This document shows positions 1 to 15,200 of a stretch of 64,000 nucleotides of DNA, piece after piece (positions within the stretch are counted from its first letter, which is position 1; each line of letters opens with the position of its first letter). The notes under the pieces are model-generated. The model did not search any database. It was not told the DNA's origin and saw only the letters and a list, made by a program, of their open reading frames with translations. A program made the translations under genes and the position numbers. The DNA is from Amoebidium appalachense (Eukaryota > Protista > Ichthyosporea): positions 5,869,264 to 5,933,263 of the forward strand of contig CAVNZM010000006.1 in assembly GCA_963693365.1 (NCBI GenBank), in the 5' to 3' direction.

Positions 1-525
1 TCCCTACCCTGACTTGGGCCCTCCCTGAGGATGGGCTCTGCTTATGACGCATACTGTGCGCATGGATGATGTTGCATACTTGAATGTTTGCCTTTGCATG
101 TGTCCTGCACCATGCTTCTCATCGTGTATGCGTACTTCGTACCGTGTTCCGCATTCAAACCCCCCCCCCCCCCCCCCCCCCTCTCTCCCCGGCCATTACC
201 GCAGGCACAGATCCTTTGGTGTCAAGTTTACGTTCTTTATTTCCTCCCCCCTCCTCCCCCCTTCCCCCCCCCCCTCCATGTTTCCCACCCTCTAGTCAAT
301 ATATGCCCCTTTCAAAACCTCCATCCCCCCCCCCCCCCCCCCCCCAGCCCCCCAGCTCCAGCCCCACCCCCACCCCACCCCCTCTCTCCCTTCCCCCTCA
401 CTTCCCCCCCCCCTCTCTCCCCCTCCCCCCTCCCCCCCCCTTCCCCACACACACACACAAGAAAAAAAGAAAAAAATCACCACCACCACCACCACCATTG
501 CTAACCTTTTTTTTTCTCTCTCTAG

Positions 526-2698
<2,173 letters not shown>

Positions 2699-3286
2699 GT
2701 TACAGTTCTAAATTTTATTCTATTTTAAAAAGTTGAAATTCTAAAATCCTAAATCTTATGATTTAATGGTATGTGGATTGTTCAAATTAATGTGCCGGGT
2801 CGCTCGGTTTATTAGATAGAAATGGGGCCTGTAGATGGGTCTCAAATGTCGAGATCATTAATAATCGATCTTTCTCGGTTCCACGCCAGGCTTTGGATGT
2901 ATGTATGTGTTTGGCCGCTGGGTATATTAGGGATGGGATACGCTTAAATTGCATTTCAATAGATAGATAGGCTTATGTGTAATAGCAAATATGACGGTAT
3001 GTATAATTTGTGCGCTGTGTCTACAAATTGGATCTTCAAATTTTATAATAAAAGGAGGCTGCATTTGGTTTGGGCCTAAAATAAATACAACGTGTGTTTG
3101 TGACACGCTTGACACCGGCCAAGTGTGGCTGACGTCATTGCCAGTTGAATTACGAATTTTCATTGACCTGCTTCTGCAAGTAACGGGATAGCGTTCGTTT
3201 TTAGGTTTTTTTTTGTATTTGAATGTGGGTGGGTGGGTGGGGGGCTCCCCGAGGGATGTGTGACAACTCCCTCCCATCTGTGCACC

Positions 3287-3321
<35 letters not shown>

Positions 3322-3647
3322 ACCCACCACCACCAACCGTTACTTCTTCCTTTGCTTTTGACCAGCGCTTCAAATTTTGATTGGGGCTGAGTTATCACGC
3401 ACAATACATGTGTTCGTGTGTGCGTCTGCAACTTGTGTGCCGTGGCATTTGGGGTGTGTTAATGTGTCAGAATGGGAGGCATGCATGACTGCATGGGCAG
3501 AGTGTGCACATGCATTATACATTCGGCACTGCTGATCATTACGTGTTGTGTCCCACATGTGTGTTTTACTAAATGTCGGCAGTGCGTGTGTGCGTGCGTG
3601 CGCGTGTGCGTGCGTGCGTGCGTGTGTGCGTGTATTTGTGTGTGTAT

Positions 3648-3732
3648 CACAGTGCTTGAAAATCCTTTTATATACGCTGTAGGTTGGCACACAGTGCTTG
3701 AAAATCCTTTTATATACGCTGTAGGTTGGCAC
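3648..3732. repeat. Two-copy ~42-bp tandem duplication
   Basis: CACAGTGCTTGAAAATCCTTTTATATACGCTGTAGGTTGGCAC occurs twice head-to-tail. Confidence 0.85.
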
Positions 3733-4802
3733 AAACGTGCATGAGCCTTCCGTGACATGTGTCTGTGTATCTTGGATGTGTGTGGGTGTTTCTGTTGCTG
3801 GTGATGAATGTATGATGCATTGTTTGCGCCGGACATATTAATATTTGGGGGGGGGGGGGGGGGGGGATTAGGGTGGAGGATCGCAGAGAGCGAGAAAGAG
3901 GTGGGGGAGGAGGGGGGGGGGGGGGGGGGGGGGGAGGGGGGATTCGAGGGGATTAAGAGAGAAAAAAAGGATCGAGAAAGTGCGCGTATGTGCGGGTCCG
4001 ACGTCGACGTCAGTTGATTTATGTGCCACCACGCAAGTAGTATGGCCCTGCGGCAGTCTGTGAGCGTGGCCGTGTATGTGTGTGTGTGTATGTGTGTGCC
4101 TGCAGCTGTATGCATGTGTGTGTGTGTGTGCGTGTGTGTGTGTGTGTGTGTATGTGTGTGTGCTAATATTACGTGCTATCTGCTTATAATATGCGTGTGT
4201 CTGTGTGTGTGTGTTCCATGTGTGTGTGCGCGCGCGTGCCGGTCACCTCGCCGCGCGTGCTTGCGTGCGTGCTTAAGTTAGTGCGCACGCGCGGTTGTGT
4301 GTGTGTGCGCGCGGGCGTGTCTGAGCATGTGTGTGACATTTTTGACCGGTGCACGTGTTAACTTGCTAACTCCAACGTAGTGTAGTGGTGAACCCGGTAT
4401 GGCCATAAGATTCTCTCGCGAGTGCACCGTAGCCAACTATGAAAATGAATGCTCGTGAAGCTGGTTGCGGTTGGGAAGGGGTTTGACAGGGTTGAGGAAG
4501 ATCGTGTGGGGAATAACAAGCCGTGGGCGGTGGGGCAGGCGGTGGAGAGGGGGGGGGGGGGGGATGGGAATGGGATGCCTAGAGTTACTACAGAAGTTTT
4601 TCTAAACTTGCATCTTTATTCATCAGATACATACAATCGCACGATATGCAGCATTGTATCATAAGGATCAAAGGTTTCGTCTAATTTTCCTTAAAGGTAT
4701 ATAGATGCGCATGCATGCAAAACTATAGCATATGTCATTTACAGTAAGGCTGCTACATATATGGTTTTTTTTTTTCGTTCACTGCCGTTTTTTACTCTTC
4801 TG

Positions 4803-5681
4803 TTACACGCGTTTTTGACTAAATTTCACACCGGTAGCACGTCCAATACTCTGCAAAATGCTTGCCCACAGACCACTGCCATACTTCTGCGCCTCCGTGC
4901 CGGCCTGAGGGCGCTGCAACCAAATAGTGGATACTGTCTTATATGCTATCGCCAGGATCATCTGGCTGACATATGCAACAGCACAAACAATGGTCCCAAC
5001 CTGACCATACAGCAGGGAAATGGTGATGGATGTGCCCCACACCAGTCCGAGAGACGCGGCCCGGTTGAAATCTTCACCTGCCGCTATCAGCAGAACAGAG
5101 ACCAACCGTGTGAAAGGTTGAGCAAGGATCAGTGCCAAGCTTTTGGCAAGGCGAGAAGTGGAGGGATACTCGGTGGAAGCAACGATTTCACTATGGTCAT
5201 ACGTGTAGAAGAGGGTGAGGACGAACAGGTTCATCACGGCACCAACTCCATACGGACGCACGTGGCGGGACATCATCCACCCGACAGGAATGGCGACAAA
5301 CAGAAGGCACGAGTAGAGCAGCTTGAGTGCAGGAAGTGGCAGCCGTATTGTGTGCGAGTCCAAAAACACTTGGGTGATCAACACGACGAGGGTGGCGTAG
5401 TAGGTCACGTAGTGGAAGTAGTGAAGTGGGAAGATGGAGCGATATTTGATGGCGTTGATACGCCCGCGGTACTTGAGGGTGAGGGCGACTGCTGGTAAGG
5501 ACAGTGGCATGTAGAAAAACAGCACGAGTTTGAGTATTGGGATGTACCCATCATACACATCGTGCATATGCATAGACAGGTTAGGTAGGTGTGAGCTCGC
5601 AGAGCCTTGTGGGATATCGATGGCCATGGTGGTGGTGTTAGCCAGCGCCATGTCGTAAAAACTAACTGCTTCGAAAGCCAT
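4803..5681 (-). CDS. Intronless 292-aa polytopic (~7 TM) membrane protein of unknown family
   Basis: Uninterrupted ORF in non-repetitive sequence. About seven hydrophobic segments and N-terminal N-glycosylation sequons (NTT, NLS). No recognised family motif. Confidence 0.7.
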   Translation of the reverse strand: MAFEAVSFYDMALANTTTMAIDIPQGSASSHLPNLSMHMHDVYDGYIPILKLVLFFYMPLSLPAVALTLKYRGRINAIKYRSIFPLHYFHYVTYYATLVVLITQVFLDSHTIRLPLPALKLLYSCLLFVAIPVGWMMSRHVRPYGVGAVMNLFVLTLFYTYDHSEIVASTEYPSTSRLAKSLALILAQPFTRLVSVLLIAAGEDFNRAASLGLVWGTSITISLLYGQVGTIVCAVAYVSQMILAIAYKTVSTIWLQRPQAGTEAQKYGSGLWASILQSIGRATGVKFSQKRV

Positions 5682-6406
5682 GATGATGTATGTGTTGGTG
5701 TATTGAATTAATCAAATAGTTTTGATTTGCCAAGATTATATATGCGTACTAATATTAGCTGTTCTTTCACTGTGAAGGTTTCTCGCGGCTGGAGCCACTG
5801 TGACTGGATTCCTTACTGAAACTGGTTGTTTGTGATTCTGACTCTGGCGGCGGATTTATACCTTTTGCATACACCCAGCTAGCCAATCGGCTACGCGGTA
5901 ATCAGTAATCTGGCGTGATTGGCTGAAAAAGATGGTCATCCAATCAAAATATTTGAAAAAAATTCTAGAACTAGATCTATATAATCTGACTGGTGTAAGG
6001 GAATCTTGGTCAGATGACAGCACTGCACGCGTCTCAGTGCGAGATGAGGGTAGGCTGTAGTGCACCATGGCATACTGTACAATAATATGTGACCACAGAG
6101 CTTATTCTAAATAAAAGCCTATCTATTGCATTTTCTTTTGCACCTACACCGTATTCTTAGACACGTAATGTTGGGCGAGCATTCGGCATGTAGGCGTGGC
6201 GTGAAGGACCGGGTTTATTCTTCGACGCGGTCCAGTACGTACTACTACGTACCTGCCAGCCGACGTCTCCATGTGATCTGACTAGTGTAGTACCATGACA
6301 TCTACAACACAAGTCATGCTTTTTCGTGTGAAGGCGGGACCCCTTGATAAATATCTTTGGAGAGTGTGGCGAGGGACGAGCCGAGGGGTGCCGGGCATAT
6401 ATGCAT

Positions 6407-6706
6407 GTATACGTATGACCATGGACTAGAGGCTTGCAGACATGGAGCGGGCAAAAAAACAAAAAAAGAAATCAAAAGCCCAAAACGAAAACTAGAGCAA
6501 ATGATCAAGCAATGGGGGGCTAAAAAGGAGGGGGGGGGGGGGGGGGGGGGGGGTTAGCTGTATACGTATGACCATGGACTAGAGGCTTGCAGACATGGAG
6601 CGGGCAAAAAAACAAAAAAAGAAATCAAAAGCCCAAAACGAAAACTAGAGCAAATGATCAAGCAATGGGGGGCTAAAAAGGAGGGGGGGGGGGGGGGGGT
6701 TAGCTA
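6407..6706. repeat. Two-copy ~150-bp tandem duplication ending in a poly-G tract
   Basis: GTATACGTATGACCATGGACTAGAGG...AAAAGGAG(G)nTTAGCT is repeated at about 6407-6559 and 6560-6706, differing essentially only in poly-G length. Confidence 0.9.
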
Positions 6707-7290
6707 TTAGCTAGGTGTAATAAAGCACGAAGTTGATATTATCGATATAAACGAAAAGTTGCACCTTGAACAGAATAAGCAGTCTGAGCCTTGCCAAACA
6801 GAGAACTCAAACATGCATAGAGGCTATGTATGGACATTCGTGGTGGTGGGCCACATGGGAGTGGGGGGAGGAAGGGGCGGGCGGGGGGGGGGGGGGGGAT
6901 GAGAAGAAAGCCTCGGAAATTTTCCTAGGAGGGGAGGGGGAGGGGCACCGGGGGACGCCGGGGCCCGAGAAACCCCTTTCTCCACAACCGGTCAGTTTTC
7001 CTTTAATTGCCCGTTCGGCTATAGATGGCCAGGATCCTCCCATCCCCCCCCCCCCCACCCCCCCCCCCCCCCCCCCCCCCCCCCCTCTCTCTCTCCCTCC
7101 CTCCTCCCCCCTCCCCCCTCTCCCCCCCCCCCACCCCCCCCCCTCTTCCCCCCCCCATCCCACGTATGACTCATCCGTATACCATACCACAACTGCCCCC
7201 GCAGTGCGCTATTGCATGTAATTTGGAGACCGTAAGAAGCGGTACATGTTGTTGCTAGCATTGAGGAAATGGTGTGTACATCAATGGGTG

Positions 7291-7365
<75 letters not shown>

Positions 7366-7637
7366 GTGTGTGTGTGTGCACTCGCGCGCACGTTCGCGTG
7401 CGCTTGTTTGTGTGTTTGTGTTTCTGCGTGTAGATTTGTGTGCGTCTGTGTGTGCGTGACCGTGTGTGTGCGTGTGCGTGTGCGTGTGTGTGTGCACGTG
7501 TGCGCGCACGCGGGCGATGGGACTTGTGTATGTATTTCGGTCTGTCTCTCTTGCTAGCTCTCGCTGCTCGTGTGCGCGTGTGTGCGCGTGTGCGCATATG
7601 CGTGCGTATCAGTGTGTGTATATGTATCGTGGTGTGT

Positions 7638-8266
7638 ACAGTCGCACCATGTCCGGCTCCCGATCACATCAAAACCACATGTAATCGGTGATTAGGCTGC
7701 ATGATTCTGCAAATTCCGCATTAAGTCAACCAATAGGCACATTAGACCGCACCAGAACCCATAGAGATGACCAATCAGAGTAGACATTCCGCGCATTTTT
7801 GTCAGGTTAAAATTTAAGTAGCACAGGTCGCCACGAAAACTGGTCGGAAACACGTGAAAACGTGTTTTCTAGCTCCTCTAGTCCAACGGAGAACTCCTAG
7901 CACACCTAACAGCCGGGCCCAGAAAAACTCAAGCGGATAGAGGTACACGTTAGCTACAGGGGACACTAAAAGCCGTCCCCGTAGGCCGGCGGGCACGGGA
8001 GTTACGCGCCGGAAAGGAGCCCCCCCTTTTTTTTCCCTGCACTTGACACAAAACCAACGTTTCCTCTTTCAGTGGTAGTGACCTTTGTCTGGGGGGAAAA
8101 ACATTAACGGCACAGAATTCACACACACAGTAGCAGAGTAGAACGCGCACAGAGTAGCCGTATCCACAGATACCAGCATCCTGCACTCACCCTTTTCGCA
8201 CACACAAAGTCAACAACCATCTAGCAAATAAACGCTACCCAAAACATAGCTGCACCCACCCCTACC
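7638..8266 (+). promoter_or_regulatory. LINE 5' UTR with probable internal Pol II promoter
   Basis: Starts with a CAGT initiator-like motif and contains two CCAAT boxes (~7730, ~7771). Promoter function is inferred from other LINEs. Confidence 0.45.
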
Positions 8267-10630
8267 ATGGAAAACCACATGGAGCTAGACGGGGACACGT
8301 CCCTCACTGCAATATCCACCTTAAACCCACCCACACCCAATCACACGGATAGGGCAACCGAGTCGGTAGAAACCACACAACCGATGGGGGAAAGCATGGG
8401 GGTGGGAGCGAACCCTCATCATCCCCCGGGCTCTGGAGGAAACGAGCGCTTGTCGGGCAAAAGAGGAAAGGAGGAAACAGAGGAGATGGAGAGGTCTACC
8501 TCACGCAGGACGGACTATGCCATACCAGGTAAAACTAACGCCCCCACCCTTTCCATACTGTGTCCCCTGCCAGCAGACGACGGACACTCTGAAGCGGGCT
8601 GGTTGGCTCGGGTGTATGACTTCGTCAGCACCCAGAACCTAGCAAACAGGTACCTGGTGCACAACCGAAACCAACGGGGCATAGAGATCATGGTAGGCAC
8701 AGAAGCAGAGTGGGAGGCACTAGTCACAGCACTGGTGGGGGAGGGCATTTTACCTGCCCCCCCACCCCACCCCTCCATCCGCCCGAACCCCACACGGTAC
8801 ATGGTCCTAATCCCGAATAGAACGGTAGAAACGTGCAATTTTCCGAGGATAGGACGAGCAAGTGACGTGGCAACCGTGCTATATGCCATAGACCTTCACC
8901 CAGTGACCGTAACCTGGCTCCCCCCAAACCCCAACTTCCGTATCGCCAGGGAGCACTGGGCGTATGAGGGTAATTATGAGGTGGTTTTTCCGGACGACGA
9001 ACACCATAGGAAACGCATAATAAATCTCCGAGAACACTTTAGGGTCAACCGGACCTCTCTAGTGGAGGAAACATACATGACGGCGGCCCCTGCAATGCAC
9101 AGGCACCGGGCCTGGGCTATCACCACACCCGGCTTAAACGAGGACACACGCCCCCCCCATCTCGAGGGGTACGATCATCGCCTCTATGAGAACACCAACC
9201 CCACCCCCCGTGTGGTGGACACCCCTCCCGAGTGGCCCCAGGCCCGACCCTTTCCGACACAGGAGGGGGGGGGGGAGGAGTCAGAGGCAGTTCTGTTGCT
9301 AATCCCCATCCCACAGTCTCACATGTGTGGGTTGTGTTGGGAGCAATCCCACAAACTAACAGACACAGAGTGCCCGTTTGTTCAGTGCCTAACCTGTCGG
9401 GAGGTGGGGCACGAACCGGATGAGTGCCCCAAAAACCGCACCAGCTGTCCGTACTGTAACCGGCCGTTACACGTACACGGAAACCCCAGTAACCCCATCG
9501 CCACATGCCTGCAACGCCGCCGAAACTGCGGTAACTGTGGGGAACTGGGCCACCCCGCATATAAATGCCAACGGAAACCCCTTTTCGCACCGGGTATTAT
9601 CGTGTTGGTGGGCTTGAGTAGTCTAGACCCACCTGACGACTCTTTCTTCGCCACCGTGATTGAGTGGCGGGACTATGTACACGTCCAGGCACTCCGCCAG
9701 GCACTCACGTACTCCGGCCTTGGCCCCCCCGGGGAGGGGGCCACCCGGGAGGGTAGAGCCGGCAGAGCCCCAGAGGTGAATAAGTGTAGGGTCACAGGGC
9801 ACCACTTCATCACCATGCCCATCCCCGTAAGCCACACGGACTACCCATACCTCCGGGACCACCCGGAGGGAATACTTCTGTCGTTTAATACCGGGGCACC
9901 AAGCCCCCGCGAATACACAGTACGTGCCCGCCTCACCACCGTGGACAGGGCGACCGTGCTCCTCGACCACCCGCGGCTAGGGCAGAGCACACATCCCACA
10001 GACAACACACCACCACTCGAGGCCCCAGACGAAGACGACCAATCATTGGCCTCCGCGCCGTCGCACCAGCCCTACCAGGCCCCGTCCCCACCTCCGCCGG
10101 TGTCGCCCACAGGGGACCCCGTGGCGGACCTGACGGCTCGAGTAAACCGGCTCGAACTACAGTTGGCCAGCCAGGGGGCCACCATACACAACGTGCACCG
10201 TGAGGTGCAGGATACGACTGCCCAGCTGAGGGGTATGGAGCAGTCGATGGTTAGCATGCTCGAACGGCTAGGGGACCGCCTTGCCCTCACACTGGAAGCC
10301 CGTTTGGGCGGGGCTAGGGGGGGGGAGGGGGAGGGGGGAGAGCACTCTACCCCAGAGACCCGAGACCCCCAAGCCACCGAGCCATTGAGGCCCACAGAGG
10401 CACAACACCCCAACAGCGGCGCCCCCCCCAACCAAGGCGGGGGCCCCCAGGGGCCCCCTCACAACGCCAACCCACACAGCCCACACGCCCATCCACACCA
10501 CACAGGTCCTCGGTTAACTCGACACGGGGAACTGACCAAGGTGCCCGTCCCCCATCGCATGGGGACGGGCAGGCATAATGCCGACCCCATCCCCCCCCGC
10601 CCGGACACCCGGCGCCGGCAAAGGGGGTAG
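8267..10630 (+). CDS. LINE ORF1, gag-like nucleic-acid-binding protein (787 aa)
   Basis: CCHC knuckles CLTCREVGHEPDEC and CGNCGELGHPAYKC, plus variants CGLCWEQSHKLTDTEC and CPYCNRPLH...C. Heptad-like segment VADLTARVNRLELQL...MLERL. Lies directly upstream of, and overlaps, ORF2. Confidence 0.9.
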   Translation: MENHMELDGDTSLTAISTLNPPTPNHTDRATESVETTQPMGESMGVGANPHHPPGSGGNERLSGKRGKEETEEMERSTSRRTDYAIPGKTNAPTLSILCPLPADDGHSEAGWLARVYDFVSTQNLANRYLVHNRNQRGIEIMVGTEAEWEALVTALVGEGILPAPPPHPSIRPNPTRYMVLIPNRTVETCNFPRIGRASDVATVLYAIDLHPVTVTWLPPNPNFRIAREHWAYEGNYEVVFPDDEHHRKRIINLREHFRVNRTSLVEETYMTAAPAMHRHRAWAITTPGLNEDTRPPHLEGYDHRLYENTNPTPRVVDTPPEWPQARPFPTQEGGGEESEAVLLLIPIPQSHMCGLCWEQSHKLTDTECPFVQCLTCREVGHEPDECPKNRTSCPYCNRPLHVHGNPSNPIATCLQRRRNCGNCGELGHPAYKCQRKPLFAPGIIVLVGLSSLDPPDDSFFATVIEWRDYVHVQALRQALTYSGLGPPGEGATREGRAGRAPEVNKCRVTGHHFITMPIPVSHTDYPYLRDHPEGILLSFNTGAPSPREYTVRARLTTVDRATVLLDHPRLGQSTHPTDNTPPLEAPDEDDQSLASAPSHQPYQAPSPPPPVSPTGDPVADLTARVNRLELQLASQGATIHNVHREVQDTTAQLRGMEQSMVSMLERLGDRLALTLEARLGGARGGEGEGGEHSTPETRDPQATEPLRPTEAQHPNSGAPPNQGGGPQGPPHNANPHSPHAHPHHTGPRLTRHGELTKVPVPHRMGTGRHNADPIPPRPDTRRRQRG

Positions 10631-12259
10631 CGCCCGACACCACACAAACACTCGGCACGGCGCAAAGTCCGGGTCCAGAGGCCACAGACATGATCCACCA
10701 TTGGAGAACACAGCCCTGGAAGCACTTGAAGGGGAGCTAGTCTCGCCCATCAACCACGCAAATTTACCACCAGCCAAACCACACAGCCACCTTCGGATTG
10801 GAACTTTAAACCTGGCCGGACCTACCACTCGTACCGGCCAGGACAAGATCGTCGAGGCAGCCAGGTGGGCTGCCTTTGCAGACATGGACGTAGTCATTCT
10901 GACGGAGACCGGGACCACCCCGGGCTCCTTCACACGCACAAAGTTTTCCATTCGAAACGAAGGTATCCCCATGCGTGCCACGTATGTATGCCCACCAGCC
11001 ACCACCACTGGACACACACACACAACACTCTCTGCCTCAGAGGCCGGTATCCCGGTGGCAGAGAGCTCGTCCAATGACCAAACCACACCGTCACTAGCCC
11101 AGGAGGAAACACGATTCCGCTACACGGGGGTGGTGATACTTACAAACGAAACGTGGTTTAGACACCAAGGAAAACCACATAGCAAAAATGCACGAATGCT
11201 AGCTATTCCATATCACACAAAACGGCACACAACGTGGGTGATAGGACTTTATCAACACACGAATGCAACACAGGGAAACGTCAGACAGGCCCGTCGACTC
11301 ACCTCACAGGTAGCCAGATTTCTCACCTCCCTCCCGGCCCCCAACGACACCACTGTCATCGTGGCCGGGGATTTCAACGAGGTGTGCCACCCTACTCTGG
11401 ACAGGGCACGGCCCGAAACCGGCCCCAGTTCAGCACAGGCAATGCCCACAGGACTCGTGCCCGGGCTGCTCCACGAGCTGATGGACGCCCATCTACTCAT
11501 AGACAGCTACCGAGCCGAACACCCCACCACCAGGGAATATACGTACCACAGCGGTCCCCACCGCTCACGCATCGACTACGTATACATCCCGGCGGCGTTA
11601 CGCCCAGCACTGGTCTCAGCCTCCGTCACGGAATTACCGGATCTTCACACCGACCACCACCTGGCCTGGTGCGAAACTGGGCCCCATCCTAACCTGCCGG
11701 GCCAGGGACCAGGGCCAACCCGAAACCAACCCACACCGAGACTCCAGCTGAAACCGAACACCACACAGGAGGACTGGGCACGTTTTACCACCGGCACGGA
11801 GGCAGCCTTCACGTCCCCCCCAACCACCACCCCTACCCAGGCGGAGGTGGAAGGGAGATGGGAGTACATGGCCGCCACCATTCTCTCGGTGGCAAAAACC
11901 ACAGTGGGCCGGACCAAGAGCAAACCAGAGAAGTCCACGTCAAAACCGACGAAGGTCTTCCCGGAGGACAACGAGCACGCGGAGCTACACCGGCTCCTCA
12001 ATGCAACGGACCGGGCGGCAAATCCACAGGGTTTCTGGGAGAGGGCCAAGGAGCTGGCCGTCCAATATGGCTGGCCAGCACCCCCTCCCCCTCCGGAGCC
12101 CCCCCCACCGGTACCCCCAACAAGCAGTCCCATCATCCCACTGTACACAGCCGACCCCAACAACCCCCCGGGCATCCCCCCCACCCCCCAGGACACCCCC
12201 CCCCTCCCCCCCAGGCACACCCGTCCCAGACGGGGTGGTATCAGGAGGAGGGGGACCCC

Positions 12260-15200
12260 GGATCCACCCAGCAGCACCAACCCACACCCACTTTGCTGCA
12301 CCAGCCTGCCGCTGGCCCAGCAGGCAGCCCCAACAGGCAGGCCCAGCATGGGCCACCCAGTCGACAGCACCAACAGGAGCCACCAAGCCAGCAGCAGCAG
12401 CCTCAGGCTGAAGCCCCTGCCGGCAGCCCACAACGGCAGCCACAGCAGGGGCCACCCAGCCTGCAGGCCCTGCATGGGCCACCTAGCCAGCAGCAACCGA
12501 TCACACCTACACTGCAGCAGCTGCCTGCAGCAGCAGATTGCAGCCCCGGCCGGCCGGCCCAGCACGGGCCACCCAGCCGACAGCACCAACAGGAGCCACC
12601 AAGCCAGCAGCAGCAGCCGCAGGCTGCAGCCCCAGCAGGCAGCCCACACCGGCAGCCACAGCAGGGGCCACCCAGCCTGCAGGCCCTGCCAGGGCCACCC
12701 AGCCAGCAACAACCGACCACACCCACACTGCAGCAGCCGCCTGCAGCAGCAGCGTGCAGCCCCGGCCGGCAGGCCCAGCACGGGCCACCCAACCAACAGG
12801 AGCCACCCAGCCAGCAGCAGCAGCCTCAGGCTGAAGCCCCAGCAGGCAGCCCACACCGGCAGCCACAGCAGGGGCCACCCAGCCTGCAGGCCCTGCCAGG
12901 GTCACCCAGCCAGCAGCAACCGACCACACCCACAATGCAGCGGCGGCCTACAGTAGCAGATTGCAGCTCCGGCCGGCCGGCCCAACACGAGCCACCCAGC
13001 CGACAGCACAAACAGGAGCCACCAAGCCAGCAGCAGCAGCCAAAGGCTGCAGCCCCAGCAGGCAGCCCACACCGGCAGTCACAGCAGGGGCCACCCACCC
13101 TGCAGGCCCCGCCTGGGCCACCCAGCCAGCAGCAACCGACCACACCCACACTGCACCAGCTGCCTGCGGCAGCAGATTGCAGCCCCGGCCGGACGGCCCA
13201 GCACGGGCCACCCAGCCGACAGCACGAACAGGAGCCACCAAGCCAGCAGCAGCAGCCGCAGGCTGCAGACCCTGCCGGCAGCCCACACCGGCAGCCACAG
13301 CAGGGGCCACCCAGCCTGCAGGCCCTGCCAGAGCCACCCAACCAGCAGCAACCGACCCCACCCACACTGCAGCAGCTGCCTGCAGCAGCAGTTTGCAGCC
13401 CCGGCCGGCCGGCCCAGCACGGCCCACCCAGCCGACAGTACCAACAGGAGCCACCACGCCAGCAGCAGGAGCCTCAGGTTGCAGCCCTAGCAGGCAGCCC
13501 ACACCGGCAGCCACCGCAGGGGCCACCCAGCCTGCAGGGCCTGCATGGGCCACCCGGCCAGCAGCAACAAACCACACCCACCCGGCAGCAACTGCCTGCA
13601 GCAGCAGATTGCAGCCCCACCCAGCAGCACCAACCCACACCCACTTTGCTGCATCGGCCTGCCGCTGCCCCAGCAGACAGCCCCGGCCGGCAGGACCAGC
13701 ATGGGCCACCCAGTCGCCAGCACCAACAGGAGCCACCAAGCCAGCAACAGCAGCCTCAGGCTGCAGCCCCCGCCAGCAGCCCACAACAGGGGCCACCCAG
13801 CCTGAAGGCCCTGCATGGGCCACCCAGCCAGCAGCAACCGATCACATCTACACTGCAGCAGCTGCCTGCAGCAGCAGATTGCAGCCCCGGCCGGCCGGCC
13901 CAGCACGGGCCACCCAGCCGACAGTACAAACAGGAGCCACCAAGCCAGCAGCAGCCGCCGCAGGCTGTAGCCCCAGCAGGCAGCCCTCACCGGCAGCCAC
14001 AGCAGGGGCCACCCAGCCTGCAGGCCCTGCCAGGGCCACCCAGCCAGCAACAACCGACCACACCTACACTGCAGCAGCTGCCTGCAGCGGCGGCGTGCAG
14101 CCCCGGCCGGCCGGCCCAGCACGGGCCACCCAGCCGACAGCACCAACAGGAGCCACCCCGCCAGCAACAGCAGCCTCAGGCTGCAGACCCAGCAGGCAGC
14201 CCACACCTGCAGCCACAGCAGGGGCCACCCAGCCTGCAGGCCCTGCCAGAACAACCCAGCCAGCAGCAACCGACCACACCCACACGGCAGCAGCAGCAGG
14301 TAGCAGACTGCAACCCCAGCCGGCAGGCCCAAGACGGGCCATCCAGCCGACAGCACCGACAGGAGCCGCCAAACCAGCAGCAGCAGCCTCAGGCGGCAGC
14401 CCCAGCAGGCAGCCCACACCGGCAGCCTCAGCAGGGGCCACCCAGCCTGCAGGCCCTGCCAGGGCCACCCAGCCAGCAACAACCGACCACACCCACACTG
14501 CAGCAGCCGCCTGCAGCAGCAGCGTGCAGCCCCGGCCGGCAGGCCCAGCACGGGCCACCCAACCAACAGGAGCCACCCAGCCAGCAGCAGCAGCCTCAGG
14601 CTGTAGCCCCAGCAGGCAGCCCACACCGGCAGCCACAGCAGGGGCCACCCAGCCTGCAGGCCCTGCCAGGGTCACCCAGCCAGCAGCAACCGACCACACC
14701 CACAATGCAGCGGCGGCCTACAGTAGCAGATTGCAGCCCCGGCCGGCCGGCCCAGCACGGGCCACCCAGCCGACAGTACCAACAGGAGCCACCAAGCCAG
14801 CAGCAGCCGCCGCAGGCTGTAGCCCCAGCAGGCAGCCCTCACCGGCAGCCACAGCAGGGGCCACCCAGCCTGCAGGCCCTGCCAGGGCCACCCAGCCAGC
14901 AACAACCGACCACACCTACACTGCAGCAGCTGCCTGCAGCGGCGGCGTGCAGCCCCGGCCGGCCGGCCCAGCACGGGCCACCCAGCCGACAGCACCAACA
15001 GGAGCCACCCCGCCAGCAACAGCAGCCTCAGGCTGCAGACCCAGCAGGCAGCCCACACCTGCAGCCACAGCAGGGGCCACCCAGCCTGCAGGCCCTGCCA
15101 GAACAACCCAGCCAGCAGCAACCGACCACACCCACACGGCAGCAGCAGCAGGTAGCAGACTGCAACCCCAGCCGGCAGGCCCAGGACGGGCCATCCAGCC

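Noticed and set aside
5125-5160. SRLAKS resembling the heliorhodopsin SxxAKS retinal-binding motif
   Set aside because: It precedes helix 5 rather than lying in helix 7, and other rhodopsin motifs are absent.
4761-5498. 245-aa plus-strand ORF
   Set aside because: Antisense to the longer membrane-protein ORF, with no recognisable features.
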